Source of the DNA: Gaiellaceae bacterium
GTDB taxonomy: Bacteria; Actinomycetota; Thermoleophilia; Gaiellales; Gaiellaceae
Direction of reading: 5' to 3'
Assembly (NCBI GenBank): GCA_036393535.1
Contig: DASWGR010000002.1
Span: forward strand, 1 to 44,070
Length of the DNA: 44,070 nt
Part shown: positions 18,555 to 28,673 of the stretch, piece after piece
How the letters are laid out: each line of letters begins with the position of its first letter
How positions within the stretch are numbered: position 1 is the first letter of the stretch
Notes under the pieces: model-generated
Told to the model about the DNA's origin: nothing
What the model saw: the letters and a program-made list of their open reading frames with translations, nothing else
Databases searched by the model: none
Made by a program: the position numbers and the translations under genes

Positions 18555-19739
18555 TCACGGCTGCCGCCCGAGTTTCACGTTGAGGTGGATCCGGCTTGTT
18601 CCGCGGACGACCTCGAGATCGATCCTGTCGCCCGGCTTCTTCGCCGCGATCAGGTCGACGAGGCGCTCGACGGACGGCACCGGCTGGCCGTCCACCTTGA
18701 CGATCACGTCGCCGCCTGCGGGCCAGCTCTCCCCTTCGACGGTCACCTGATTCGTCGCGGGCTTCAGGCCGGCTTTTGCAGCGCCGGTACCGGGGCGTAC
18801 CGACGCGACGAGCACGCCGCTCGTGACCTGTAAATGGAACAGCCGCCCGATGTTCGGCTGGAGCGTCTTGCCTTCGATGCCGAGGAACGGATGCTCGACC
18901 TTGCCGTGTTTGATCAGTTCCGCGACAACGTCCTTGACGGTGTTGATCGGAATCGCAAAACCGATGCCGACGTTGCCCTGGCTCTGACCCCCGGTCTCGA
19001 TCTGCGCGTTGACGCCGATCACCTGACCCTGCGCGTTCAGCAGCGGGCCACCCGAGTTCCCGTGATTGAGCGCTGCGTCGGTCTGGATGACGTGTGAGAT
19101 CGAGAGCTGGTTGGGCGCCTCGATCCGGCGCTGCACAGCACTCACGATGCCGGCGGTGACGGAGCGGTCGAGGCCGAAGGGGTTGCCGATCGCGATCACC
19201 TGGTCGCCGACACGCACGGAATCGGAGTTGCCCAGCGGCAGCGACTTCAGGGCACGCGACTTGACGTGGACCTGCAGCACGGCGCTGTCGGTCGACGGGT
19301 CGACGCCGACCACCTTCGCCTTGAAATGCTCGTTGTTGGAGAAGCTCACTTGAATCGCGTTCGCACCGCGGACAACGTGGTAGTTCGTGACGATGTGGCC
19401 GGCCTTGTCGATGACGAAGCCGGAACCGAGCGCGCGCTGAGTCTCAGCCGTTCCGAACGGGTTCCCGAAGAAGTCGGAAGGCTGCTGGACGCGTGACGTC
19501 GTTTCGATGTGCACCACAGCCGGTGCGGATGCGCGGTAGATCTCGTTGATCGACATCCCTTTGCCCGGTTGGAAAGTCACCGGCGCCGACGAGTTGGGGA
19601 CCGCCTCCTGGCGGATGACAGTCGTGTGCTCACCCAGCTTCCCCAACGCGGCCGCGCCGCCGAGCGCAACACCGCCGCCGAGCAGAGCGGCGATGAAGAG
19701 CCCGGCGGCGCGGCTCCGGAGGTGGAGGGTGCGATGCAC
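18555..19739 (-). CDS. htrA: HtrA/DegP-family S1C serine protease with PDZ domain
   Basis: N-terminal TM anchor, catalytic 'TNYHVV', 'DSAVL' and 'GNSGGPL', and a C-terminal PDZ ('GVLVASVRPGTGAAKAGLK'). Confidence 0.93.
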   Translation of the reverse strand: MHRTLHLRSRAAGLFIAALLGGGVALGGAAALGKLGEHTTVIRQEAVPNSSAPVTFQPGKGMSINEIYRASAPAVVHIETTSRVQQPSDFFGNPFGTAETQRALGSGFVIDKAGHIVTNYHVVRGANAIQVSFSNNEHFKAKVVGVDPSTDSAVLQVHVKSRALKSLPLGNSDSVRVGDQVIAIGNPFGLDRSVTAGIVSAVQRRIEAPNQLSISHVIQTDAALNHGNSGGPLLNAQGQVIGVNAQIETGGQSQGNVGIGFAIPINTVKDVVAELIKHGKVEHPFLGIEGKTLQPNIGRLFHLQVTSGVLVASVRPGTGAAKAGLKPATNQVTVEGESWPAGGDVIVKVDGQPVPSVERLVDLIAAKKPGDRIDLEVVRGTSRIHLNVKLGRQP

Positions 19740-19762
19740 CTTTCGTTTCTACCGAGGGGGCG

Positions 19763-19801
19763 CTTAAGGCCAGGTTGTGCACCGTTAAGGCCGGATTAAG
19801 C
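19763..19801. repeat. three phased direct repeats TTAAGGCC / TTAAGGCC / TTAAGCC (candidate regulator binding sites)
   Basis: Copies at 19763-19770, 19784-19791 and 19795-19801, with start-to-start spacing of 21 and 11 nt. They lie 24-62 nt upstream of the htrA GTG, in a locally AT-richer divergent region. Confidence 0.4.
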
Positions 19802-19968
19802 CTTGTTAGAAAAGAGATACCGTCAAGTTGACGCTGATCGAGGCGCGCTTCCGGCCTGCAAACAGCGGGATTTGCCGGGTCTTGACCGCCTTTACACGGC
19901 TCTAAAGAGCGCTTTCCTAGGGTACGAAGCTCGAATTCGCCTAGACCTACGACTGTGAGGGGGAATAC

Positions 19969-20553
19969 ATGAATGTGCTCAAGCGGTTCAGACCGTCGCC
20001 CGCGATGGTCGTTGCCTGCTTGGCGCTGCTGCTGGCGCTCGGCGGAACCGGTTACGCGGCGATCAAGCTGCCGCGTAACAGCGTCACCACAGTGCAGGTG
20101 AAGGACTTCAGCCTGCTCGCGCGCGACTTCAAGCGCGGCCAGGTGCCCGCTGGTCCGGTAGGTCCTGCGGGGCCCGCAGGGCCTGCAGGCCCCGCCGGAC
20201 CAGCAGGTCCCGCTGGTAGCGCTGGTAGTTCGACAATCAAGTGGGCATTGGTGCGAGCCGACGGCGGTATCGCCGCGCAGTCCGGCGGCATCACGCTCGC
20301 AGCGAAGCCGAGCGCAGGGACGTACATCCTGAGTGTCGGCAGTGTGGTGGCCGGTAAGCCGATTCTCTCTTCGGGCGCTTACGCGGCGGACGCTTCGGAT
20401 CAGCGGGGCGAGACCACCGCCGGCCCCTGCGGAGGCGGCAGCGAAGGTAGGACCTGCCCCGCCTCCGACAACACGAGCAGCATCTTCGTGGAGACGCGCA
20501 GCAACGCCGGCGCCCCCGCGGATCACGCGTTCTACGTCGCGGTCATCGGCTGA
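19969..20553 (+). CDS. secreted/anchored protein with short collagen-like Gly-X-Y repeat
   Basis: RBS GAGGGGG, ATG start, hydrophobic N-terminus 'MVVACLALLLALGGTGYAA', nine Gly-X-Y triplets, and a C-terminal globular region of about 105 aa. Confidence 0.75.
   Translation: MNVLKRFRPSPAMVVACLALLLALGGTGYAAIKLPRNSVTTVQVKDFSLLARDFKRGQVPAGPVGPAGPAGPAGPAGPAGPAGSAGSSTIKWALVRADGGIAAQSGGITLAAKPSAGTYILSVGSVVAGKPILSSGAYAADASDQRGETTAGPCGGGSEGRTCPASDNTSSIFVETRSNAGAPADHAFYVAVIG
20152..20232 (+). repeat. coding Gly-X-Y (GPV/GPA x6/GSA/GSS) collagen-like repeat
   Basis: Nine in-frame triplets. Each GPA unit uses a different synonymous codon set: ggt cct gcg / ggg ccc gca / ggg cct gca / ggc ccc gcc / gga cca gca / ggt ccc gct. 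Confidence 0.85.
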
Positions 20554-20567
20554 CGACTTGAAGCACC

Positions 20568-20598
20568 TGCGGCCGCGGCTCTTCGAGTCGCGGCCGCA
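20568..20598 (+). terminator. stem-loop TGCGGCCGCG / CGCGGCCGCA (10 bp, 11-nt loop) after the collagen-like gene
   Basis: Inverted repeat containing two GCGGCCGC palindromes 21 nt apart. No U-tract. It could equally be a protein-binding site upstream of the Rrf2 gene. Confidence 0.4.
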
Positions 20599-20618
20599 CC
20601 TTCCGCCACAATGGCTGC

Positions 20619-21077
20619 ATGCGAGTTTCGGCCAAGGCGGACTACGCGCTCCGCGCCGTGATCGAGCTCGCCGTCATTGACAGCGAGGGCCCGGTGAAGG
20701 GCGAGCGCATCGCGCAGGCGCAGGAGATACCGCTGAAGTTTCTGGAGAACATCCTCGGCGACCTGCGGCACGCCGGGATCGTGCGGAGCCAGCGGGGTGT
20801 GGAAGGCGGCTACTGGCTCGCGCGTCCGGCCGACGAGATCACCGTGGCCGAGGTCATTCGCGGCGTCGAGGGACCGATAGCCAACGTGCGTGGAGTTGGT
20901 CCGGAGCAGGTCGAGTACGCGGGCTCCGCAGAGCGCCTACGCGACGTGTGGATCGCGGTCCGCGCAAACCTGCGCGCCGTGTTGGAGCGAGTCACCATCG
21001 CGGATCTGGCCCGCGGCGAATTGCCCCTCTCGGTGGAAGAGCTGACGTCGAACCCCGACGCCTGGCAACCGCACTAG
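20619..21077 (+). CDS. Rrf2 family transcriptional regulator, cysteine-free
   Basis: '[18 protein letters not shown]' and a wHTH '[27 protein letters not shown]'. The 152-aa product contains no Cys, so it cannot ligate an Fe-S cluster as IscR or NsrR do. Confidence 0.9.
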   Translation: MRVSAKADYALRAVIELAVIDSEGPVKGERIAQAQEIPLKFLENILGDLRHAGIVRSQRGVEGGYWLARPADEITVAEVIRGVEGPIANVRGVGPEQVEYAGSAERLRDVWIAVRANLRAVLERVTIADLARGELPLSVEELTSNPDAWQPH

Positions 21078-22027
21078 TCGACGAAGGTCGTCTGGCGCGT
21101 CGGGCGGACGTACACGATCTGCCCGTGCTGAAGCTCTAGCCCCTCCACCTGCTCCCGCGTCAGTTGCGCCGACAACGTCTCGCCGTCGTCGCGTACGAGC
21201 TCGACACGGACCTCGAAGCCGAGATGAACGAGACGCTGCACCATCGCTTCCTGCGTCGATCCGTTGGGCTCGAGCAGCAGCTCGACGTCGTGTGGACGGA
21301 TGAAGGTGTCGCCGAGCCGGTTGACCGGCCCGACGAAGGACATCACGAACTCGTTCGCAGGATGGTCGTAGAGCTCGCGCGGTGGCGCCGTCTGCTCGAT
21401 CCGGCCGGCGTTCATCACGACGACCCGGTCGGCGACGTCCATCGCCTCCTCCTGGTCGTGCGTGACGATCACCGTCGTCGTATGCGTTTCGTCGTGGAGG
21501 CGGCGCAGCCAGATGCGGAGCTCCTTGCGCACGCGCGCATCGAGCGCACCGAACGGCTCGTCGAGCAGCAAGACCTTGGGATCCACTGCGAGCGCGCGCG
21601 CGAGGCCCATACGCTGTCGCTGGCCGCCGGATAGCTGGGCCGGATACCGCTTCGCGAGACCGGTGAGCTGGACGAGGTCGAGCAGCTCGTTCACTCGGTG
21701 TTTGATCTCGCTGCGTGGGCGGCGCCGGATCGTCAGCCCGAAGGCGACGTTGTCCCACACCGTCATGTGCTTGAAGGCGGCGTAGTGTTGAAAGACGAAA
21801 CCGACACCGCGCGACTGCGGCGGCAGGTTCGTGACCTCTTCGCCGTCGAGCCGCACCGAGCCTGCGTCGGGGCTCTCGAGTCCCGCGATCACACGCAAGA
21901 GCGTCGACTTACCGCTTCCGCTCGGCCCCAGCAACGCCGTGAGCGAGCCTGTAGGCACGTCGACGGAGACATCGTCGAGTGCTGTGAAGTCGCCGAAGCG
22001 CTTGCTGATCCTTCGTGCCTCGATCAC
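21074..22027 (-). CDS. cysA: sulfate/thiosulfate ABC transporter ATP-binding protein
   Basis: Walker A 'GPSGSGKST', signature 'LSGGQRQR', Walker B 'LLLDEP', and a C-terminal TOBE-like domain. The GTG at 22027 forms a GTGA overlap with cysW. Confidence 0.92.
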   Translation of the reverse strand: MIEARRISKRFGDFTALDDVSVDVPTGSLTALLGPSGSGKSTLLRVIAGLESPDAGSVRLDGEEVTNLPPQSRGVGFVFQHYAAFKHMTVWDNVAFGLTIRRRPRSEIKHRVNELLDLVQLTGLAKRYPAQLSGGQRQRMGLARALAVDPKVLLLDEPFGALDARVRKELRIWLRRLHDETHTTTVIVTHDQEEAMDVADRVVVMNAGRIEQTAPPRELYDHPANEFVMSFVGPVNRLGDTFIRPHDVELLLEPNGSTQEAMVQRLVHLGFEVRVELVRDDGETLSAQLTREQVEGLELQHGQIVYVRPTRQTTFVD

Positions 22028-22800
22028 TGCGTCTCTTCCTTGGGTTTTAGCGTCGTCATCAAGATGAGGGTCGACACGGCGATCAGCGCCAGGAGACCTG
22101 CTGCAGCATAGGCGCCGACCGTGTCGAACCCCACATAGCGATCCTGGACGTAGAGCGTCAACGTCTCCGTCTGACCCGCAAGGCGACCGGAGACGACGCT
22201 GACGGCTCCGAACTCGCCGAGCGCCCGCGCCGTTGTCAGGACAACGCCGTAAGCCGTCGCCCAACGGATCGCCGGCCAAGTTACGCGGCGGAACGTTTGG
22301 AACGCCGATGCTCCGAGGGTGGCGGCGGCCTGTTCCTGCTCGGTGCCGATCTCACGCAACACGGGCACGACCTCGCGCACGACGAAGGGCAGCGAGACGA
22401 AGATCGATGCGAGCACCATTCCAGGCAGCGCGAAGAGGACGCCGTGTCCACCCAGCCAACCACCACGGCCGTAGAGCAGCAGCAACGCCAGTCCTGCCAC
22501 CACGGGCGACAATGCGAGTGGAAGGTCCACCACGGCGTTCACGACTCCGGCGCCGGGAAAGCGATGGCGCACGATCGCAAGCGAGCACATCACGCCAAAG
22601 ATCGTGTTTGCGGGCACTGCGATCGCAACGAGGATGAGCGTCACCTTGAGCGCGTGCACAGCATCGTGGGAGGTCACCGCACCCCAGGCCGGGCCGACGC
22701 CGTGCTCGAACGTGCGCCAGAAGACGAACCCCACGGGTGCGGCGAGAAGCACGGCGAGATAGCCGAGCGCGAAAAAGCGGACTGTGTACTTACCGATCAT
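22024..22800 (-). CDS. cysW: sulfate ABC transporter permease
   Basis: 258-aa multi-TM permease with the EAA loop '[21 protein letters not shown]'. It sits in the sbp-cysT-cysW-cysA gene order. Confidence 0.9.
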   Translation of the reverse strand: MIGKYTVRFFALGYLAVLLAAPVGFVFWRTFEHGVGPAWGAVTSHDAVHALKVTLILVAIAVPANTIFGVMCSLAIVRHRFPGAGVVNAVVDLPLALSPVVAGLALLLLYGRGGWLGGHGVLFALPGMVLASIFVSLPFVVREVVPVLREIGTEQEQAAATLGASAFQTFRRVTWPAIRWATAYGVVLTTARALGEFGAVSVVSGRLAGQTETLTLYVQDRYVGFDTVGAYAAAGLLALIAVSTLILMTTLKPKEETQ

Positions 22801-23599
22801 GTCTCGTCACCCAGCGCCGTAGAGCGCCGATTGCGAGCAGGACTCCGAAAGAGATCAGCAGGATCACGACGGACGCGGCTGCCGCGCCGCCCGGATCACC
22901 GCTTTCCAACCGGCCGAAGACATAGACGGAGATGACCTCGGTCTTGAACGGAAGGTTGCCGGAGATGAGCACGACGGCGCCGAACTCACCGATCGCCCGG
23001 GCAAACGCCAGAGCGACGCCCGACAGGATGGCGGGCAGGATGCTCGGCAAGACGATCCGCAGAAACGTCGTGAACCGACTCGCTCCGAGCGACGCTGCCG
23101 CCTCCTCCATCTCTCGGTCGAGCTCGAAGAGAACCGGCTGCACGGTCCGCACGACGAACGGGAGCGTCACGAACAGCATGGCGAGCAGAAGACTCCAGCG
23201 CGTGAAAGCCGCATTGACGCCGACGGGCGACTTCGGCCCGTACAGCGCCAGCAAGGTCAGGCCGGCCACGATCGTGGGCAGCGCGAACGGCAGGTCGACA
23301 AGCGCGTTGACGAACCCCTGGCCGACGAAACGGTCACGGACGAGTGTCCAGGCGATCGCCGTTCCGGCGAACGCGTTGATCACTGCGATCAAGAGCGAGA
23401 GCCCGAGCGTCAGTTGCAGTGCCGCGACCGCCTGCTTCGTCGAGATGGCGTCCCAGCCGTGCGCCCGCCAGGTCAGCGCCGCCAGTGGCAACAGGACGAT
23501 CACGCTTATGTAGAGCGTGGTCAGACCAATCGTGAGGCCCGGCGCGAGTGAGCGCCGGGCCTCAGGCACTACTGGAAGTGCGTTGGCGCTAGCCGCCAC
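22790..23599 (-). CDS. cysT: sulfate ABC transporter permease
   Basis: 269-aa permease with the EAA loop 'EEAAASLGASRFTTFLRIVLP'. Overlaps both flanking genes. Confidence 0.9.
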   Translation of the reverse strand: MAASANALPVVPEARRSLAPGLTIGLTTLYISVIVLLPLAALTWRAHGWDAISTKQAVAALQLTLGLSLLIAVINAFAGTAIAWTLVRDRFVGQGFVNALVDLPFALPTIVAGLTLLALYGPKSPVGVNAAFTRWSLLLAMLFVTLPFVVRTVQPVLFELDREMEEAAASLGASRFTTFLRIVLPSILPAILSGVALAFARAIGEFGAVVLISGNLPFKTEVISVYVFGRLESGDPGGAAAASVVILLISFGVLLAIGALRRWVTRHDR

Positions 23600-24557
23600 T
23601 CGACCCTATGAAGCGGGCCATGATTCCCGTCCGTGGCTCGAAGAACCTCTTCTCGACCTTCGCCCAGCCGCCCACGTACTTGATCGTGAACAGCTGCGGA
23701 CGAGTCGGGAAGTTGAAGCCCCGCGCGGCGGCAGGCACGACGGGCCGGTACCCGTTCTGCGCGAAGATCCTCTGTGCATCGAGCGTGCGCAGGAACTTCA
23801 GGAACGCTTTCGCCTCGGTCTGGTGCTTCGAGGTCGACGTGACCGCGATCGGGTTCTCGATCAGGATCGTCGCTTTCGGAATCACGAACTGGACCGGCTG
23901 CCCCTTCTTCTGCGCGAACACCGCTTCGTTCTCGTACGCGAGGAAGACGTCACCGCGGCCGGCGAGGAAGGTCTGCAGTCCTTCGCGCGCGCTCGTGGGC
24001 TGCGCGACGACGTGCTTCCACATCTTGCCGAGGTAGTCGACCGCCTGTTTCGGCGTCTTGCCGGAGCGGAGCGCGCCGCCGTACGCGGCCATCACGTTCC
24101 ACCGAGCCCCGCCCGAGGTGAACGGGTTCGGCGTGATCACCTGAACACCCGGCTTGAGCAGGTCGTCCCAGGTCTTCAGCTTCTTCGGATTGCCGTCACG
24201 CACGATGAACACGACGACCGACCGTGTGACCATGCCCTTGTACTTGTCCTTGTTCCAGCTCTTCGCGACGAGGTTCTTCTGGACGAGCGAGGTGATGTCC
24301 GGCTGGAGCGAGAAGGCGACGACGTCTGCGTCCAAGCCCGCGGCAACTGCCCGGCTCTGCTCGCCCGACGCGCCGTAGGACTGAGAGAACGACACGCCGT
24401 TCCCTGCCTTGGTCTTCTGGAACGCCGAGATCAACTGCCCGTAGGCGTCTTTCGGCGTCGAGTAGGCCACGAGGGTCAACTTGGTGTCCTTCGAGGCCCC
24501 GGCCGCGAGCGCGGGCAAAAGAAGGGCTAAGAGCAAAGCAAGGCTAATTCGTCGCAT
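23589..24557 (-). CDS. cysP: sulfate/thiosulfate ABC transporter substrate-binding protein
   Basis: Signal peptide, then 'LTLVAYSTPKDAY...SFSQSYGASGEQSRAV', typical of Sbp/CysP. RBS AAGGAG 6 nt before the ATG. Confidence 0.92.
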   Translation of the reverse strand: MRRISLALLLALLLPALAAGASKDTKLTLVAYSTPKDAYGQLISAFQKTKAGNGVSFSQSYGASGEQSRAVAAGLDADVVAFSLQPDITSLVQKNLVAKSWNKDKYKGMVTRSVVVFIVRDGNPKKLKTWDDLLKPGVQVITPNPFTSGGARWNVMAAYGGALRSGKTPKQAVDYLGKMWKHVVAQPTSAREGLQTFLAGRGDVFLAYENEAVFAQKKGQPVQFVIPKATILIENPIAVTSTSKHQTEAKAFLKFLRTLDAQRIFAQNGYRPVVPAAARGFNFPTRPQLFTIKYVGGWAKVEKRFFEPRTGIMARFIGSSGG

Positions 24558-24571
24558 CGCATCTCCTTATT

Positions 24572-24592
24572 AGTCCACTGAATCGGTGGACT
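24572..24592. promoter_or_regulatory. inverted repeat AGTCCAC-N7-GTGGACT immediately upstream of the cysP Shine-Dalgarno
   Basis: Perfect 7-bp arms, 15-35 nt upstream of ATG 24557. Candidate operator (perhaps for the nearby Rrf2 regulator) or a 5'-UTR hairpin. Confidence 0.4.
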
Positions 24593-24621
24593 TTAGGGAC
24601 AAGCGCGGACCACGTCAAATG

Positions 24622-24639
24622 GGAACCGCAGGCGGTTCC
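24622..24639. promoter_or_regulatory. perfect palindrome GGAACCGC-AG-GCGGTTCC in the acnA leader
   Basis: 8-bp arms with a 2-nt spacer, 15 nt upstream of the acnA GTG (24654). Function unknown. Confidence 0.3.
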
Positions 24640-24653
24640 ATACAATCGGTCGG

Positions 24654-27371
<2,718 letters not shown>

Positions 27372-27385
27372 CACTTCGTACCCCT

Positions 27386-27408
27386 GTCTTAGGGTCAGAC
27401 CCCAAGAC
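27386..27408. terminator. imperfect stem-loop between convergent acnA and a small ORF
   Basis: GTCTTAGGGT-cag-ACCCCAAGAC with one A/C mismatch and no U-tract. Confidence 0.3.
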
Positions 27409-27415
27409 ATTGTCT

Positions 27416-27595
27416 CTAGGCGGCGCGGCCTTTTGAGGCGTCGGTGAGGCCGCGGAAGCTCGCTGCGACTCGCGCGACCGCTTGCTCGTAGCGCTTCTTC
27501 GAAAGCTTCATGCCGTAGCCGTTCTTGCGATGGGATTCGACGACACGGTCGATGAACTCTCGCGCCTGAACGTCCGCATCCGGCGTCTTCGCCAC
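27416..27595 (-). CDS. 59-aa basic small protein (not in the ORF track; one residue under its apparent 60-aa cutoff)
   Basis: GTG 27595 lies 5 nt after the upstream stop, and a GAGGG overlaps that stop. GC3-rich codons throughout. Translation: VAKTPDADVQAREFIDRVVESHRKNGYGMKLSKKRYEQAVARVAASFRGLTDASKGRAA. Confidence 0.4.
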   Translation of the reverse strand: MAKTPDADVQAREFIDRVVESHRKNGYGMKLSKKRYEQAVARVAASFRGLTDASKGRAA

Positions 27596-27600
27596 GGCCC

Positions 27601-27900
27601 TCAGTTTAAGTCACTCCAGAGGCGGTCGACGATCAGCTCTGCGAACCACGTGTACCAGTAATTCTGCGAGAGCTTCCGTTCGGCGAGATACGTCCGCAGG
27701 CGATCGGAGACCTCGAGTGCCGGCGTCAGGGTCGGGACGACGTCGTCGGGCCTGACCTCGTTCCCTGACCCACGAACGAACTTGCTCGTGTAGGCGTAGG
27801 CATCCTTCGCCATCGCCGTCCACAGCTTCCGGTCCGCCTCGAAGAGGTCGGTGAGCCCGGCGTCGCCGAGCCGCTTCAGCTTGTTCAGGCTCAGCGCCAC
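27601..27900 (-). CDS. hypothetical soluble protein (99 aa)
   Basis: Strong GC3 bias. GTG 27900 overlaps the upstream stop by 10 nt (GTGGCGCTGA). The upstream part of the track ORF (to 28008) overlaps the membrane-protein gene. No family recognised. Confidence 0.6.
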   Translation of the reverse strand: MALSLNKLKRLGDAGLTDLFEADRKLWTAMAKDAYAYTSKFVRGSGNEVRPDDVVPTLTPALEVSDRLRTYLAERKLSQNYWYTWFAELIVDRLWSDLN

Positions 27901-28208
27901 AGGACTGCGCGCGCCGTCGTAACCGCAGCCGAAGCGGTTGCGGCGAGCTCGATCGCGAACAGCACAGCGGCCAGGTCGCGCAGCGCCCGGTGCGGCGAGA
28001 GTAGCCACGCAAACGAGACGGCTACGGTGACCAGGCCGAGGAGGAAAGCGCCGAGGATCAAGCTTCCGGCGCGCCGGAACCCAGCCGTCGCCGCAGCAGG
28101 CGCATCGCCCGCGAACGACTGGAACGCCGAGATGGACACGCCCAGGAACACCAGCAGCAATCCGGCCAATCCGGCTGCGGCCCCGAAAATCACAGGAACG
28201 ACCTCCAT
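27891..28208 (-). CDS. hypothetical small membrane protein with three predicted TM segments
   Basis: 105 aa from ATG 28208: 'VVPVIFGAAAGLAGLLLVFLGV', 'LILGAFLLGLVTVAVSFAWLL', 'LAAVLFAIELAATASAAV'. The track GTG start at 28271 would overlap the divergent gene by 18 nt. Confidence 0.55.
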   Translation of the reverse strand: MEVVPVIFGAAAGLAGLLLVFLGVSISAFQSFAGDAPAAATAGFRRAGSLILGAFLLGLVTVAVSFAWLLSPHRALRDLAAVLFAIELAATASAAVTTARAVLWR

Positions 28209-28253
28209 TTCCTCAAAGTAGCCAAGTGGCCGGAAGGCGGTTACAGTCGCCGC

Positions 28254-28673
28254 ATGCGTCTCGGCAAGCACGGCAAGGTCGAGCTGATCAAGAAGGTGCC
28301 GCTCTTCTCCAAGCTCTCGAAGAAGGAGTTAGAGCAGGTCGCACACATCGCGGACGAGCTCGACCTTCCGAATGGGAAGCTCATGGCCGAGGAAGGCGAC
28401 CGTGGCCGCGAGTTCTTCGTCCTGCTCGAGGGCGAGGCCGACGTGACGAAGGGCGACAAGAGCATCAACACGATGCACGCAGGCGATTTCTTCGGCGAGA
28501 TCGCGCTCGTCACACAGATGCCGCGCACGGCGAGCGTCAGGGCGACGACCGACGTCCGCGTGCTCGTGGTCACCGAACGCGACTTCAGCGCACTGCTGAA
28601 GCACTCGCCGGAAGTCGGCCGCGGCGTCGCGGAGGCGCTGGCCGAGCGCGTCGCCCCAGACCTGCCGGTCTAA
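28254..28673 (+). CDS. stand-alone cyclic nucleotide-binding (CAP effector) domain protein
   Basis: 139 aa. 'VPLFSKLSKKELEQVA' and the phosphate-binding cassette 'FFGEIALVTQMPRTASVRA'. No output domain. Confidence 0.85.
   Translation: MRLGKHGKVELIKKVPLFSKLSKKELEQVAHIADELDLPNGKLMAEEGDRGREFFVLLEGEADVTKGDKSINTMHAGDFFGEIALVTQMPRTASVRATTDVRVLVVTERDFSALLKHSPEVGRGVAEALAERVAPDLPV

Noticed and set aside
20152-20232. Possible tandem DNA repeat or CRISPR-like array
   Set aside because: The 9-nt periodicity is coding (Gly-X-Y), the units are not identical at the DNA level, and there is no repeat-spacer structure. No CRISPR array exists anywhere in the window.
20052-20327. 91-aa minus-strand ORF containing PAGPAGPAG
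   Set aside because: It is the reverse-complement mirror of the collagen-like repeat. The plus-strand frame has an RBS, an ATG, a signal anchor and a sensible globular domain.
23517-24530. 337-aa plus-strand ORF opposite cysP
   Set aside because: Antisense to a clear sulfate-binding protein gene, with no recognisable domain.
24622-24639. Iron-responsive-element-like hairpin for aconitase autoregulation
   Set aside because: The palindrome has only a 2-nt spacer and no CAGUG-type loop or bulged C. It is kept only as a generic palindrome.
27611-28012. 133-aa alternative frame over the 99-aa hypothetical gene
   Set aside because: It is an Arg-rich translation (RRRAQS, RRRRAHR). The GC3 pattern supports the 27601-27900 frame.
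28209-28271. Track start (GTG 28271) for the small membrane protein
   Set aside because: It would overlap the divergent cNMP-binding gene by 18 nt at the 5' ends. ATG 28208 precedes the first TM segment. The start remains uncertain.
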